Assembly (NCBI RefSeq): GCF_006345805.1
Contig: NC_043016.1
Coordinates: forward strand, 24,428,001-24,492,000
DNA length: 64,000 nucleotides
Direction: 5' to 3'
Origin: Octopus sinensis
Taxonomy: Eukaryota
Shown here: in pieces, positions 40,286 through 53,300 of the stretch
Position numbering within the stretch: position 1 is the stretch's first letter
How the letters are laid out: the number at the start of each line of letters is the position of its first letter
Position numbers and translations under genes: made by a program
Notes under the pieces: generated by a model
The model's database searches: none
Told to the model about the DNA's origin: nothing
Seen by the model: only the letters and a program-made list of their open reading frames with translations

Positions 40286-41391
40286 GGTCTGGAAAGTGAG
40301 ACACAACAGGGCTGATAAAAAGGAGAAGCAGACACACCAGGCAGATCTTGATGTTGGAAGTATCCTTCTACCTAGTGTATCATCCATCCACCCAGAGTGT
40401 ACAAGAGTAATATAAAATAAAGTGTTTTGCCCAAGGATACAATATTCCTCCTGGTCTGGGAACTGAGCTCACAACCTTAAGATCATGAGTCTGCCTAGTT
40501 ACAAAAAAGAACATTTTCACATCTTTGCCACCATCTTCTCTCTTTTCCGGCATGGGCAGCTTCTTCAGCAAGACATCAGTTTCTGTGCTTCTACCCTACT
40601 TTAACTTCTCATCACCAGGCGCAAAGCCACCCCACTTGATACTACAACCCCAGAGGCCATTATAGTAGTGACAGAAGAAACAGATGAGAAAACATTGTGT
40701 TTGTGATTCAAGGCCTATGGTCATGTTTATGGTCCAAAGTATGTTCTCTGTGAAATGGTCAAGAATATTTATGTATATAATGGTAGCATTGTCCTAAATG
40801 GAGGAACAATATATCATTGTAGTCTTTATTAAACTTTGTAGATGGCAAGCAACCAACTGAAACAAATGTACTTTGTGGTTCCAAGTCTTAGATTTAATTT
40901 TGGATATTATATAGGTAGATGTATTTGAGGCTTGAAGGAAATCTATAAAAGACATGTTTTTTTTTTCTTCTTATGCACACCTAGTCTTTTAATTAACAAA
41001 ATTCTTCACAAGTAAAAGAGTATCAAACATTATGAAAACTTTCTGTTTATTCCTAAATCAGTTATGATAAAGCATACTTATTATCAATGACATTCTAGAC
41101 CTGACCATCCATTCTCTTTTCTTTTTTCTCAGGCATCGTATACTCTGGACTGCATTATCCAAAGTGTTCCTTTTTAACTCTAGTGATACTAAACCATTTA
41201 AGACCACCCATGGTTTTCAAATAAATTTCCTGTTTTTGAGTATCTAAATTAAAACCTTCCTTAAAAATTTTAATGTTTTTATGCTCCAAACACCAGCTCA
41301 ATAATGACAAGATCGTTTTACTAAATAATCATCAAAACAAAACAAAGACTATACATCTCGACAGAAATATAGCGATAAAAGTATGGTATTA

Positions 41392-41607
41392 AAGGCAGCA
41401 AGCTGGCAGAAACATTAGTACGCCTGGGAAAAAGCTTAATGGTATTCCGTCTGCCATTACATTCTGAGTTCAAATTCCATCAAGGTTGACTTTGCCTTTC
41501 ATCCTTTCAAGGTCGATAAATGGGGTCGATGTAATCGATTTAATCCCTTTGTCTGTCCTGGTTTGTCCCTTCTATGTTTAGCCCCTTGTGGGTAATAAAG
41601 AAATAAG
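41392..41607 (+). mobile_element. tRNA-derived SINE family A, inserted among piggyBac-type MITE pieces
   Basis: Aligns by eye to 314-550. Confidence 0.85.
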
Positions 41608-42779
41608 AAATATGGTAATAAAAGTGCTAAAGTGATCTGAATTAAAACCTCCCATCAAAATTCTATGTTATTTCATTTTCCAAACACCAGCTTAAAAACG
41701 ACAAAGTTATTTTACTAAATCCTTTATTGTTTCCAAAATTAACTGAAACAAAGGTAGAGTTTTTCATATGATGTAGCTGCCAGTTCTTTGCATCATATTT
41801 GTCTTAATCTTTTGACATCAATCCACCTGAGACCATCCCTTGTTCTATGATACAAACTTCCTCTTTTAAAGTGATCTAAATTTAAACCTTCCATCAAAAT
41901 TCCATGTTTATTCATGTTTCAAGCATCAGCTTAAGAATGACAAAGTTAATTGAAACAAAGGCAGTGTATTTCTACAGAAATATGGTAATAAATGGATTGC
42001 GATGGTAGGATATAAGTTGAGGGAGATTCGGGTGCTATTTCTAGAAAGCCTTATTATCATACAGAGATCTTATTCTTTACATAAGAAAGTAAAGCAGGCA
42101 AGCATTTCCTTTTGATGGTTCCATTTTCATTCCTTTTATTTTCCATACCTGAACTTCCTTGAAACCAAGTAGAAAGGCTTACAGGAGAATTTGATGAGTT
42201 TGACTGCTGTGATAAGAGACGAACCTAATATTCTGTACCTTAGCCCTTTCTCTGAGAGTGAGGAAGAGATTCCAAGAGAAATTTTACAAGCTGGAACAAG
42301 ACTGCTTTTGGGTCCAGGTAGTAGGGGAAGAATATGAGGTGGGCTTTCAAAATTCAAGGCAGCTCTGAAGTTTTTTTTTAGGGAGTGACTTGTAAGATTT
42401 TCATAGGACATTCCTTGGCTGTCTGGGGCCCAAACAAATTTAAAGGTTGAACACACTTCTTATAGGCATTACATATATGGGGGTGGGGGTACATGTATTG
42501 AGGCATAACCCATCTTCCCCAATACTAGACCACCCTGTCAATCAATGAGTCCTGACTTACACACTACTTCATGACCTCAATAGCATTAGTGATACAAAAT
42601 GGCACCCATACGCTCTGTAAAGTGACTGGTGTTTGGAAGAGTATCCAGCCATAGAAACTATACCAAAAACAGATACTAGAACTTGATGCAGTCCTCCAAC
42701 CAGTCGAATCCTGTCAAACTGTCCAACCCATGCCAGTATGGAATATAGATGCTAAACGATGATGATAATGACAATTGTG

Positions 42780-42926
42780 TGTATGTGTGTGTGTGTGTGT
42801 GTAGGTAGGTAGGTAGGTACTAAGCATGCATGATGTATGTACATATGATGCATGTATTTGCATACATATGTACACACACATATGTGTGTGTATATATATA
42901 TATATGTGTGTATGTGCGTGTACGTG

Positions 42927-42961
<35 letters not shown>

Positions 42962-42978
42962 ATACCTATATATACCTA

Positions 42979-43026
<48 letters not shown>

Positions 43027-43095
43027 TGTGATGATTATGATAATGATAATATATGTGTGTATGTGTATGTGTGTGTGTATGTGTGTGCGTGTGTG

Positions 43096-43178
<83 letters not shown>
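42780..43178. repeat. Compound microsatellite (GT/GTAG/TCTA/AT)
   Basis: Direct inspection. Confidence 0.95.
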
Positions 43179-44334
43179 GGTTATGAGAGGTAATGGTGTC
43201 AGTGAGACCTAAAGGTGTCAGGTAATGCTGAATAAGTGCTACAGATAGACCATAGTTGAGTTCCAGGTTCAGTGATTATGCAAATAAGGGGTCATACGTA
43301 GGTCATATATCAGTGTGTGTATATAAAAAAAATTTTTTCTGTAATGAGATAAAAATCCAAGGCTGTGTAGATTTTAGAACATTTATAAAGATGCTGTGCA
43401 GTGAACCAAATCTAGAACCATGAGGTGGCAAAGTGAACTTCTTAATGCCACAAGATGCTTACATATATGTAACAGAAAGTACCTCGATCTTTCAAAAGAC
43501 TAAATCATAGAATTAATTTTTTTTCCCTTCTGTTATTGGAGTTCTAACCAGACATGGACTCACAAAAATAACAGATTATTTTTACCATAATCTTGAGAAA
43601 TGTCAAATAACAAGAATATTTCTTTCATAGCAGAAAATACTGTAAATGCTTGGTAGTACTATACTTGTTTCAAAGCCATTCTCTTATTCTTTCACTTCTT
43701 TCAGTACTGAATTGTGACCATGTTGGAGCACCACATTGCAGTCAATCAAATTGATCCTACTACTCGTTTTACTTATTCTGTCAGTCACTTTTTAGCAAAA
43801 TACTAAGCAGCAGGAATGTAAACAAATCAACACTTGTTATCAAGCAGTGGGAATAAGCTCAAACACCAAGGACAACACACACACAAGCATGTATACTCAC
43901 ACACACATGCATACTCAGACACATTCACACATACACACATGTATTCATACATGCATACGTACATGCATATGTGTATGTATGTATGTATGTATGTACATAT
44001 ATACATACTTACACACACATACATACATATACACACACACACACATACACAAGCACAACACCATCTTCTTTCAGTTTTCTCTAGCAAATTCCACTCACAA
44101 GACTTTGGTTAGCTCAGGGCTACAGTAAAAGATACTTGCCAAGATGCCATACAGTGGGACTGAACCCAAAGCCATATTGTTGAGAAGTAAGCTTCTCAAC
44201 CACACAGCTACACAATCCTACAGTCCATCTAGATGACCAGCTCCCCATGTATGTACTGACTCAAAGTATGGCAAGTCTAATCCATGCCAGCATAGAGAGT
44301 GGTTGAAAAACAACAAAGGAAACAATAATGAGGA

Positions 44335-44559
44335 TTCTTTTATTTGTTTCAGTCATTTGACTGCAACCATGCTGGAGCACTACCTTTAGTCGAGCAAATC
44401 GACCCCAGAACTTATTCTTTGTAAGCCTAGTACTTATTCTATCAGTCTCTCTTGCCAAACCGCTAAGTTACGGGGACGTTTAAACATACCAGCATCGGTT
44501 GTCAAGCGACGTTGGGGGGACAAACACAAACACAAACATATACATATATACATACATAC

Positions 44560-44591
<32 letters not shown>

Positions 44592-44760
44592 GTATATATA
44601 TACGACGGGCTTCTTTCAGTTTCCAGCAACCAAATCAACTCATAAGACTTTGGTCGGCCCTAGGCTATAGTAGAAGATACTTGTCTAAGGTGCCATGCAG
44701 TGGAACTGAACCCGGAACCATGTGGCTGGTAAGCAATCTACCTACCACACAGCTACTCCT
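44335..44760 (-). mobile_element. CORE-type tRNA SINE, family B, full-length copy
   Basis: Minus strand has a tRNA-like head (GGTTCCGGGTTCAGTTCC) and a CCTTGGGCAAGTGTCTTCTACTATAGCC-like core resembling the MIR/CORE motif. Related copies at about 90-285, 7355-7690, 15460-15610, 19645-19790, 21085-21240, 22640-22760, 30140-30300, 37125-37545, 43660-44212, 45270-45720, 48600-48900, 58760-58906 and 63215-63445. Confidence 0.8.
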
Positions 44761-44859
44761 GTGCCTATGATGATGATAATAAATGTGTATATATATGTAT
44801 GTATGTATGTATGTATATCATCATCATCATCATTTTAATGTCGACTTTTCTATGCCAGT

Positions 44860-45110
44860 AAAGGTGTATGACTTAGTGGTTAGAGTGTTGAACTCATGAT
44901 AGTAAGATTGTGGTTTCAGTACCTGGACTAGGTGGTGCAATGTGTTCTTGAGTAAAACACTTCATTTCACATTGCTCCAATCTACTCAGCTGATAAAAAT
45001 GAGTAATCTTGTGACAGACTGGAGTCCCATCCAGTGAGGAATATATGCACCAGAGAGACTGAGAAACCAGCCCTATGCTCCTTACAAAGAAAGTAGACTA
45101 ACCATGGGTC
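44860..45110 (+). mobile_element. tRNA-derived SINE, family D
   Basis: Head gacttagtggttagagtgttg...; body tgtgttcttgagtaaaacacttcatttcac. Minus-strand copies at 50170-50530, 40380-40500 and 46850-46975. Confidence 0.7.
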
Positions 45111-46399
45111 AAACAAGGGTGTGTTAAGGCAGGGGTTTTTCCATAGCCACATACCCTTCCTTATGCCAACTCCTACCAGTTTTCAAATGAGGTAATAATC
45201 TTTCACCATATCGAAGAACACACTGCCCAAACAAGATTATGCGGAAAATTGGAAACAAACAGCAATGGCTGAATGAGCCTTTTGCTTACAATGATTGCAT
45301 AAATATGTCAAGAAACCTGAATACACTTTTGTGCAGGACTGCAAGCAAACACCACTGACTGTACAGTGTGGCAATTGTTTAGAAGCAGCAAACATACATG
45401 AATACAAGAGGAAGTAGAAACTCACACAAACACATAGGTACTTTGGCTGGCTCAGCACTATTGAAGAAGACACTTGCCCAGATGTCATGCTGTGGGATTG
45501 AGCCTGAAACCAAGTGGTTCAGAAGATAACTTCTTAACCACACAGCTATGCCCATGCACACACACATGTACACACCACACACATACACACATGCACACAC
45601 ACACATGCACAGCAGAATTCCATGCAATTTTCATCTAGCAAATACACTCACAGGTTATTTGTTGGCCAGCTGTTATAGTAGAAGACACTTGTCCACTACA
45701 CTGCATAGCGAAACCAAACCAAAAGCACATATTTGTAAACCAAACTTCATCATCCTGTATACATTTACTTTCAGCTGCCCACGGTGGATCGATGACATCA
45801 GTAGATTCCTCAATAATATTTGTAAGACCTCTAAGTAATGCTTCTTCACCATCTTCTGTTTTGGGTTCATTAATGCTTCTTATCATATTAATCTAAGTCT
45901 ACAGTCAGTTTTTACACAGTCATTTGATACATCCGTTCCACAGAAATCAATAAAAGTTGCATGTTCAATGCCTTTTATTAACATTAACAGATACATTAAG
46001 TACAGTCGATCATCTGGGCAATTCAACAATCTAATAATAGTTTTCACTATAATTTGCTTTTGGTTGCAACAGAGATAAGGATATCATCTCGATATATGTA
46101 CTATGACGTCTTTTAAACCCATAAAGGTGCATTCCATGCAATACTGAAAGATTGCACTGCTTTACTGCTTTTTTTTTTTGCTTGTTTTTTTCTTTTTTTA
46201 CATTTACATTTTGTTTTTCCTTTTGCAGTTCCATTTGTAAGCAGGTGATTAAATACAGATCATTGGTTATATTAAAGAAACACTAAATCTTTGGACTTTA
46301 ATCAAATTCTGGCTGGCAATTTTTATTTTTTAAGAGAATCAAAGACTGTTCCTTTGTGCAGTAACAAACAAAGCCATGCAATGTCAAATTTATATATGT

Positions 46400-46400
46400 G

Positions 46401-46435
<35 letters not shown>

Positions 46436-46467
46436 CACACACACATATGCACACACACACATACACA

Positions 46468-46513
<46 letters not shown>

Positions 46514-46520
46514 TGTATAT
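46400..46520. repeat. (CA)n microsatellite
   Basis: Direct inspection. Confidence 0.95.
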
Positions 46521-46558
46521 ATATAGTTAATCCAAACAAGAAAGCACAAAAAAAACAC

Positions 46559-46734
46559 AACAACGCGAGGACGTGGAACAAATATAGTATTATTGGACGC
46601 TCAGGAAAGAAGGAAAGAAGGAGGGTTTAACGTTTCGAGCGGAGCTCTTCGTCGGAAACATAGGAGAAGGAAAGATCCAGAGAAGGGAAGACAGAGAAAA
46701 AAATCGCCAACGGTACACACGAGGTCACATTTTG
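46559..46734 (-). mobile_element. Penelope-like terminal (pLTR) fragment
   Basis: Minus strand GACGAAGAGCTCCGCTCGAAACGTTAAACCC, a typical Penelope-type end motif; CpG-rich relative to its flanks. Confidence 0.6.
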
Positions 46735-46971
46735 TATATATATATGTACACACACATATATATATATGATGATGATGATGTATACATGTATGCATGTGTG
46801 TGAGCATGTGTGCATGAGTATTAACTGGAGGTGTACAATGTAGCGTTGAATGAAATATGTGCACTGGAGAAACATAAAATGAATTACATTGCTCAAGAGT
46901 ACAATCTCTTAACTGGTCCAGGAATTGAATCCATGATCTTACAATTATGAGCTGAACATTTTTACCACAAG

Positions 46972-47843
46972 ACCATGCAGCTTCACACTGTGCTAAAACA
47001 TCATTACATGGAAAATGTAAATCATGAGCCACTAGTTAAGAAGGAGAAAATCATTTTGCCACTACTGCATATAAAACTAGGCCTAATGAAGCAATTTACT
47101 AAAGCACTGCAACATAACAAGCCATGTTTCCAGTACCTCAAGGCGATCTTCCCTAAAATAAGTGATGCCAAGATTAAAGAGGCCCTCAGATTCGTCAACT
47201 TATAGTTGATGAGGACTTCAAGGTGACAGTGGCCTGGCATGCATTCAAAGATGTATGCAAAGGACTTCTGGGAAAGCACCAAGTGGCCCAGCAAGAGAGT
47301 ATACTGGAGAGCCTAATCAAGTGCTACCAAGATCTCAGAGGCAATATGTCACTGAAGATACACTTTCTTCATTCTCATCTGTCCTTCATCCCAGAGAATG
47401 CAGGAGATGTGAGTGATGAACATGAAAAGAAGTTCCATCAAGGTGTGGCATCAATGGAAAACAGGTATAAGGGAAAATGGAATCCAGCTATGCTGGCTGA
47501 CTTCTGCAAGAACCTGAAGTGTGACACACCTGAGACATCTTATAAACAAAGAAGTAAATATTAAAATATAGGTTGATACATTACATAATGCTAACAAACA
47601 TGCCAATTCATTATATATTTATGAATTAATTACAATGGACATATTTAATCTGACTCTGGAAGCAAAATAAATTTATGGTACCTTGGAAATTAGTATAAAT
47701 TGCATAGTTATAAAGTCAATAATTAACAAGAAAATATGACATGATGGGAAATTTTTGTTATAAAATTCGAATTTAGCAGTCAACTTCATAACATATACAT
47801 GAGAATTATGGGTTTTTTTTACCCTGAAATTTGTTGTACAGTG
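46972..47843 (+). mobile_element. 5'-truncated DDE transposon, probably Chapaev-3 (CMC) type
   Basis: ILPLLHIKLGLMKQFTKAL and NMSLKIHFLHSHLSFIPENAGDVSDEH...FHQ...MENRYKGKW...MLADFC; ends ...tacagtg (CAC terminus). The motif family is clear; the superfamily name is from memory. Confidence 0.7.
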
Positions 47844-48922
47844 TTATTAGACAATGTTCTGTATTGTGTATTTATGTCTTGTGTTCATTTAAATCAAATA
47901 GTTGCAGAAATGGCTTAGTCTAAGGCAAAAGAAATGGATAGGGGAGGTGTTGAGAGGAAACAGTAACAAAGGAAAAATAATTATAATAACAACAACCATT
48001 TATGTAGAGGCATGGAAGCACGACGAGGTTTCTTCCCAAATATATTAGGTTAAATAGCAAATAATCAAACCAAAGAAAACCATTGTTTCTAAATGATTCT
48101 ATATATGGAACTTCAGGAAACATTAGCTCAGTTGCTAAGAGATTATAGTTCCCTGACACACATACACACACAAACACCAACATCACACTCATATGCATAC
48201 AGAAATTATTCATATAACCATGCATATATATATATTATATATGTGCATACATACATACATCTATACATACTATAGACACACATACACACACACATGTAAT
48301 ATAATCGTTTCAAGTTTTGGCACAAGGCCAGCAATTTTGGGTGGGATGGTGGAAGTCAATTGCATTAAGCCCAATGTTCAACTGGTCCTTATTTTATCAA
48401 CCCTGAAAAGAAGAAAGGCAAAATACCACTAAGCGTTTTTCCCAGCATGCTAATAATTCTGCCAGCTTGCCACCTTCATATGATATAATATAATATAATA
48501 CAATATTATACATACATACATATATGTATATATATATATATATATATAACGGGAAGCTTTATGAAAATAGACAAAAGACGAAGGCAGGTTTACGGAAATC
48601 ATCTGGGTTAAGTCACTCAGCAGGAGACCCTGAATGAGTATTTTCTACTCTTAGCCTAAGCCAATTACTGCCTTGTGAGTGAATTTGGTTGAGGGAAACT
48701 GTGTGGAAGCCCATTTCATGTACATGAGCATGTATGTTTGTGTTTGTGCTTGTCCCTCCCACCATATTGATATCTGCCATTGGTGTGTTAACATTCTTGC
48801 AGCTTAACTGTTCAACAAAAGAGACAAACAGAATAAATACCTGATTTTAAAAAGAGCTTTTTAAGGCAGCGTCCCAGTAAGGCCACAGCCTTGTGTCTGA
48901 AACTAGTAAAAGATATTGTATA

Positions 48923-49154
48923 AAGGCGGCGAGCTGGCAGAATCGTTAGCACGCCGGGTGAAATGCTTATCGGTATTTCGTCTGCCGCTACTTTCTGTGT
49001 TCAAATTCCGCCGAGGTTGACTTTGCCTTTCATCCTTTCAGGGTCGATTAAATAAGTACCAGTTACGTACTGGGGTCGATATAATCGACTTAATCTGTTT
49101 GTCTGTCATTGTTTGTCCTGTCTGTGTTTAGCCCCTTGTGGGTAGTAAAGAAAG
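48923..49154 (+). mobile_element. tRNA-derived SINE family A with 12-bp TSD
   Basis: Aligns to 314-550; AGATATTGTATA at 48911-48922 and 49155-49166. Confidence 0.9.
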
Positions 49155-49260
49155 AGATATTGTATATATCTGCCTGCCTGTCTGTCTAACTGCATGCATG
49201 TATGCACCCCAGTATGATTGCAACTTCTAGCTTAAACCAAATAGGGAATAAAAGATATCT

Positions 49261-49480
49261 ACGAGGGGTGAGCTGAAAAGTTCCTGGCCTTAAGGGTATT
49301 GTGAAAGGCCTGGTTGGAGACCCAACCTCCTTAGTTCTTTTACAGGGCTTAGAAAAACTGAAGGACCGCTGCAATTATGTATGAATCTGAGAGAGGAATA
49401 TGTTCAATAAAATCATAATTAACTGATCCCTCCTGCATTTTTGTCTACCCAAAGCCAGGAACTTTTCAGCACCCCCTCGT
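49261..49480 (+). mobile_element. mariner-derived MITE
   Basis: About 30-bp TIRs acgagggg...gctgaaaagttcctggc / gccaggaacttttcagcaccccctcgt; interior retains the transposase 3' tail (GLEKLKDRC). Confidence 0.85.
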
Positions 49481-49516
49481 CTGTGTGTGTGTGTGTATGT
49501 ATACATATATAATATA

Positions 49517-49552
<36 letters not shown>

Positions 49553-50169
49553 ATATATGTATTATATAATATACCAAGCATGCCAATGCAAAAGCTGCAT
49601 ATTGCACTAACAAGAAAAGTAAAACTGCTTATAAGTGTGTGTGTGTGTGTGTGTGTGTAAGTATGCATGTGTGTGTGTGTGTGTGTGTCTAAAGTGCAGC
49701 AGCTGCAAGGAAGTAAATGGCAATTTGGTTGTGTGTAGTCTAAAAGTGAAGGCTATGGACTGCTCAGATAGTTAACTAAAAATAGAAGATACATTCTGTT
49801 ACCTAGGTGACATAATTAGACAGAAATAGACAAGTGGATGGAACAAGTGTTAGAATAATGACTAGAGATAAATAAATAGTGGTGGAAGAAGTTTGGATAA
49901 GTCATTCTTCTAGTGGGAAGAAAGGGTTTCTCTCTTTTCTTCTTATACCTCACTATCACCAGAAAACGGGGTGTGTTTTATCACTGCAAACTACAATCAG
50001 GTAAACAAAAATGAATGCCTTTGTGCAGTACACAGTTTGTAAGCTCTCCCTCTCTCTAGAATCCCAACTTCCAGCAGGTCTGATTGGTGTCTTAACAAAG
50101 GAGCTCTACCAATTTAGCAAAATCCTTTTCACTATTAGTCCTCAAACAATAAAATAATAAAAATAAATA

Positions 50170-50530
50170 AATGTGCCCTTTTAAAGCCTAGCCAGGCTCA
50201 TGGGTCCGGTTTCCTGGCTTCTTTGGCGTATGTGTTCCCAAGCTGGATGGGACGCCAGTCCATTGCAGCTTTACTCATTTTTGCAAGCTGAGACTGGGCC
50301 TGGCGCAGCCTCCTGGCTTCCCAGACCCCAGTTGAACCGTCCAACCCATGCTAGCATGGAAAACGGACGTTAAACGATAATGATGATGAATGATGATGAG
50401 TGGACTGGAGCAACGGGAAATGAAGTGTTTTGCTCAAGAACACACTGCGTCGCCCGGTCCAGGAATCAAAACCACAATCTTACGATCATGAGGCTGACAC
50501 CCTAACCACTAAGCCACGTGCCTCCACTGA
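50170..50530 (-). mobile_element. SINE family D copy interrupted by a family C fragment (50292-50398)
   Basis: The gctgag|tggactggagc junction is split by a piece ending ggacgttaaacgataatgatgatg. Confidence 0.7.
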
Positions 50531-50579
50531 TCCTCAAACAATAAAGTTTCATAGAAAAAGCTTCTGCATGGGCTGACTG

Positions 50580-50870
50580 ATATGATTTGAGCTCTTTATT
50601 TATTACACAGATTCAACAAAAATCTACTCCACTCAACCTTTCCCCTATTGCCTACATAGAGTTTCTAAGTGTTTTACTCCAAAACCCAGCAAACCACAGT
50701 TTCACCAAACTCTCCAGTTTCTCCCTCTACAAGAAACTTGTAATGTGTTCCATCTTCGAGGGTAACTTTCCTGGTGCCACCAACTTTCGACCTGTCGCTC
50801 TCACTTCAAATGCTTCAAAGTTAATAGAAACAATCAATAACAACCATTTTCTCCAATAAGTTGGATCTCT
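50580..50870 (+). mobile_element. CR1/Jockey-like LINE RT fragment
   Basis: NFRPVALTSNASKLIETINN matches the NYRPIxLTSxxSK RT motif. Confidence 0.7.
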
Positions 50871-51187
50871 CTCTCCTTCCTCTTGTCTCAACTTCTCTCT
50901 TTCTCCTACCTTCTCTCTCTCTCTCTCTCACTTTTTCTCTCTCACTTTCTCTCTCCCCCTCTCTCTCTCACTCTTTTCAATTATCCTCAATATGGCTTAC
51001 GTAAAACCAACTCCACAGACGTTCTACTTTCTTCCTATATAAATCATTAATATGTCTCATACTTGCCAACTTCAATGAACATACTCACAATTACTGTTCA
51101 TGCAAAGGAAACAATCTTGTATCTTATCCTCTCAAATCTTGAATCAAACACATTTAAAATTCTCCGAACACACACACACGCACGCGT

Positions 51188-51221
<34 letters not shown>

Positions 51222-51229
51222 TTGTTTTT

Positions 51230-51990
51230 GTTTTGTTTTTTATGACCATGGTTGGACATTGCTGACAAAGCCTCTCCACAATTCCTGACTTTTCATTGCT
51301 CATGACAACTGCTCCTTACTGAGTTTTGTATTGTCTGAGAGCTGATTAATGAATATTTGAGCAGGTCTTCCTCTGCTGCATCTTCCACAATTTGCTTCCT
51401 ACAAAAGTAGTTTGTCTATAACTTCCTGTCTATGTCTCAAGCAATGTCTTGCAAATCATAACTGTCTTTGAGCAATTGTAGTTGCTACTTTGGACAAGTT
51501 TCCGTATAAACTTTCTCTTGTAATACATTGATGCCAATTTTTGTACAAACCCTAAGCATTTTAATATATGAGTCATCTAGTTTCTTTGAAGTGCTTGTGT
51601 CAGGGGTACATTCTTGATCCATACTACACTGACTCAACAGATGTTCCGAAAAATGATATTTTAATTTTTCTGAGTAGATCTGACTTCAATGTATTTTCCA
51701 TTTTCTTCATTGCAGTTCCAGCCTTGGTACTTCTAATGTCAATATCCAGCTGCCCAAATAAAGAAAATCATTAACTCAGTTTAGTATTCCACCATCCAAT
51801 GTGATAAGGTTTCTATCTTCTTGGTTTAGTAACATGTACTTTGTCTTGGTAACACTTATGTGTAGACCAATTTTCCTGGCAGAGACTTTGTCCTTTATGA
51901 AAAAGTTCAGGTCACTCTTGAGCACTACTGGTAACATGTAACTCAGTATAACTTGTTGCATGGTCAGGGTCATCAGTGACTAAACCGGCA
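51230..51990 (-). mobile_element. Degraded RTE-clade LINE RT C-terminal region
   Basis: KIGLHISVTKTKYM followed by degenerate RTE C-terminal motifs; stops and frameshifts. Confidence 0.7.
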
Positions 51991-52244
51991 ATCTCACTGA
52001 TGAGGATGATTCTTGGATACCTCACGAGTAAATGTTATTTGCTTGCTAAACTAAAATCAGAAACTAATTGGTCCAGGAAACTTGATGGTAAAATGTTTTT
52101 ATTTTTCATTTTGTTCCTGTCTAATTTTATCCCTAATTTTTGTGGTTATAGAACCTAGCTGCTCTTTCTAGCGTGTTGAATCCCACGAGTGGATTCCTTA
52201 TGTGTTTAAATGTACACTATATATATATATATATATCTGTCTGC

Positions 52245-52247
52245 CTG

Positions 52248-52330
<83 letters not shown>
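52245..52330. repeat. (TCTA)n microsatellite
   Basis: Direct inspection. Confidence 0.95.
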
Positions 52331-52334
<4 letters not shown>

Positions 52335-52779
52335 GACATCACATGTGATCTTCACCTGGTTCTTGCCAGTGAAATAAAGATACCAGTAGGGTCCAAGCAG
52401 ACGTATGAAAATGGTCAAGTTTGGTGAGGAGTGAGGACTAAATTTTCTCATCTTGGAAAATAAAAATAAAATGATTTGCTTGCTATAGAAACCATCAAAA
52501 GAAACCAGAGACACGAATGCAGACATGATGGACATTGATGGACAGATGTGAGATACAGCATGAACCAAACTAATGACTATGGATTTGTATCAAAGAGAAA
52601 GACTGTGTATGGGTGTGTGCGTGTGTGTGTGCGAGAGAGAGAAAAAACGTGTGCATGTGTTGTGTGTGTGTGTGCATTTGTGTGCACATAAAACTGGTGG
52701 TTGTTTGTATGTTACACATTTGATTATGTAAACATTGCTTTCTCATGTTAGTAGAAGGCTCCCACTCCAAAAAACACCC

Positions 52780-53300
52780 TTTTTAAAAACATTTTTTTCA
52801 ACACACACCAGCCCTTTTCGGCTACAGGGAATATGAATCTGCAAATTGGCAAAAATTAGCATTTCCTTCATTTCCTTCATTTCTTAATTTTTTCAGAATT
52901 TATTTTTTTAAATATACGGATAAATATGGAAATTATGATTCTGAAAACAATTTCCAAAATTTTTGTAAAATTTTTTTTAAGAATTTTGTTTTCTTCTAAA
53001 TATGCAGAACATTACAGACATTACGAATCAGAAAAAAATTTCAAAACATTTCTGTAGTTTTGGTTAGGGTTAGGGTTTTAGGGTTAAGGTTAGGGAAAAA
53101 AGTCAAAATTTAAGAAATTGCGGGCAGTGGGGGGGGAGATTTCACAATGCCAATTTTTGGTAATTTTCTGGAACCTCCATATCCGAAAATGAGGGATTTT
53201 GGCAAAAAATTTTTTAAAATAAGCAAATTTGGGAGAAAATGGTGGGGTGGACGGGCGGAAGATTTTCCGAAGACTCTTACATATGTAGAAGAGAGGCAAA
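52780..53300. repeat. Unclassified repeat containing degenerate TTAGGG array (53062-53095)
   Basis: ggttagggttagggttttagggttaaggttaggg; near-palindrome ctcttacatatgtagaagag at about 53275-53294. Confidence 0.5.

Noticed and set aside
42136-42456. 106-aa minus ORF and plus peptide MSLTAVIRDEPNILYLSPF...
   Set aside because: No motif recognised and no consistent splice sites.
45780-45800. IDPPW as an MT-A70 methyltransferase catalytic motif
   Set aside because: Flanking residues do not fit the METTL3/METTL4 beta-strand context.
42826-46630. Many YIYI/HTHT/CVCV ORFs
   Set aside because: Dinucleotide-repeat artefacts; the same applies at 26158, 26455, 55868-56168 and 61899-62122.
53062-53095. 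True telomere or fusion site
   Set aside because: Only about 5 degenerate units, one orientation, internal to another repeat.
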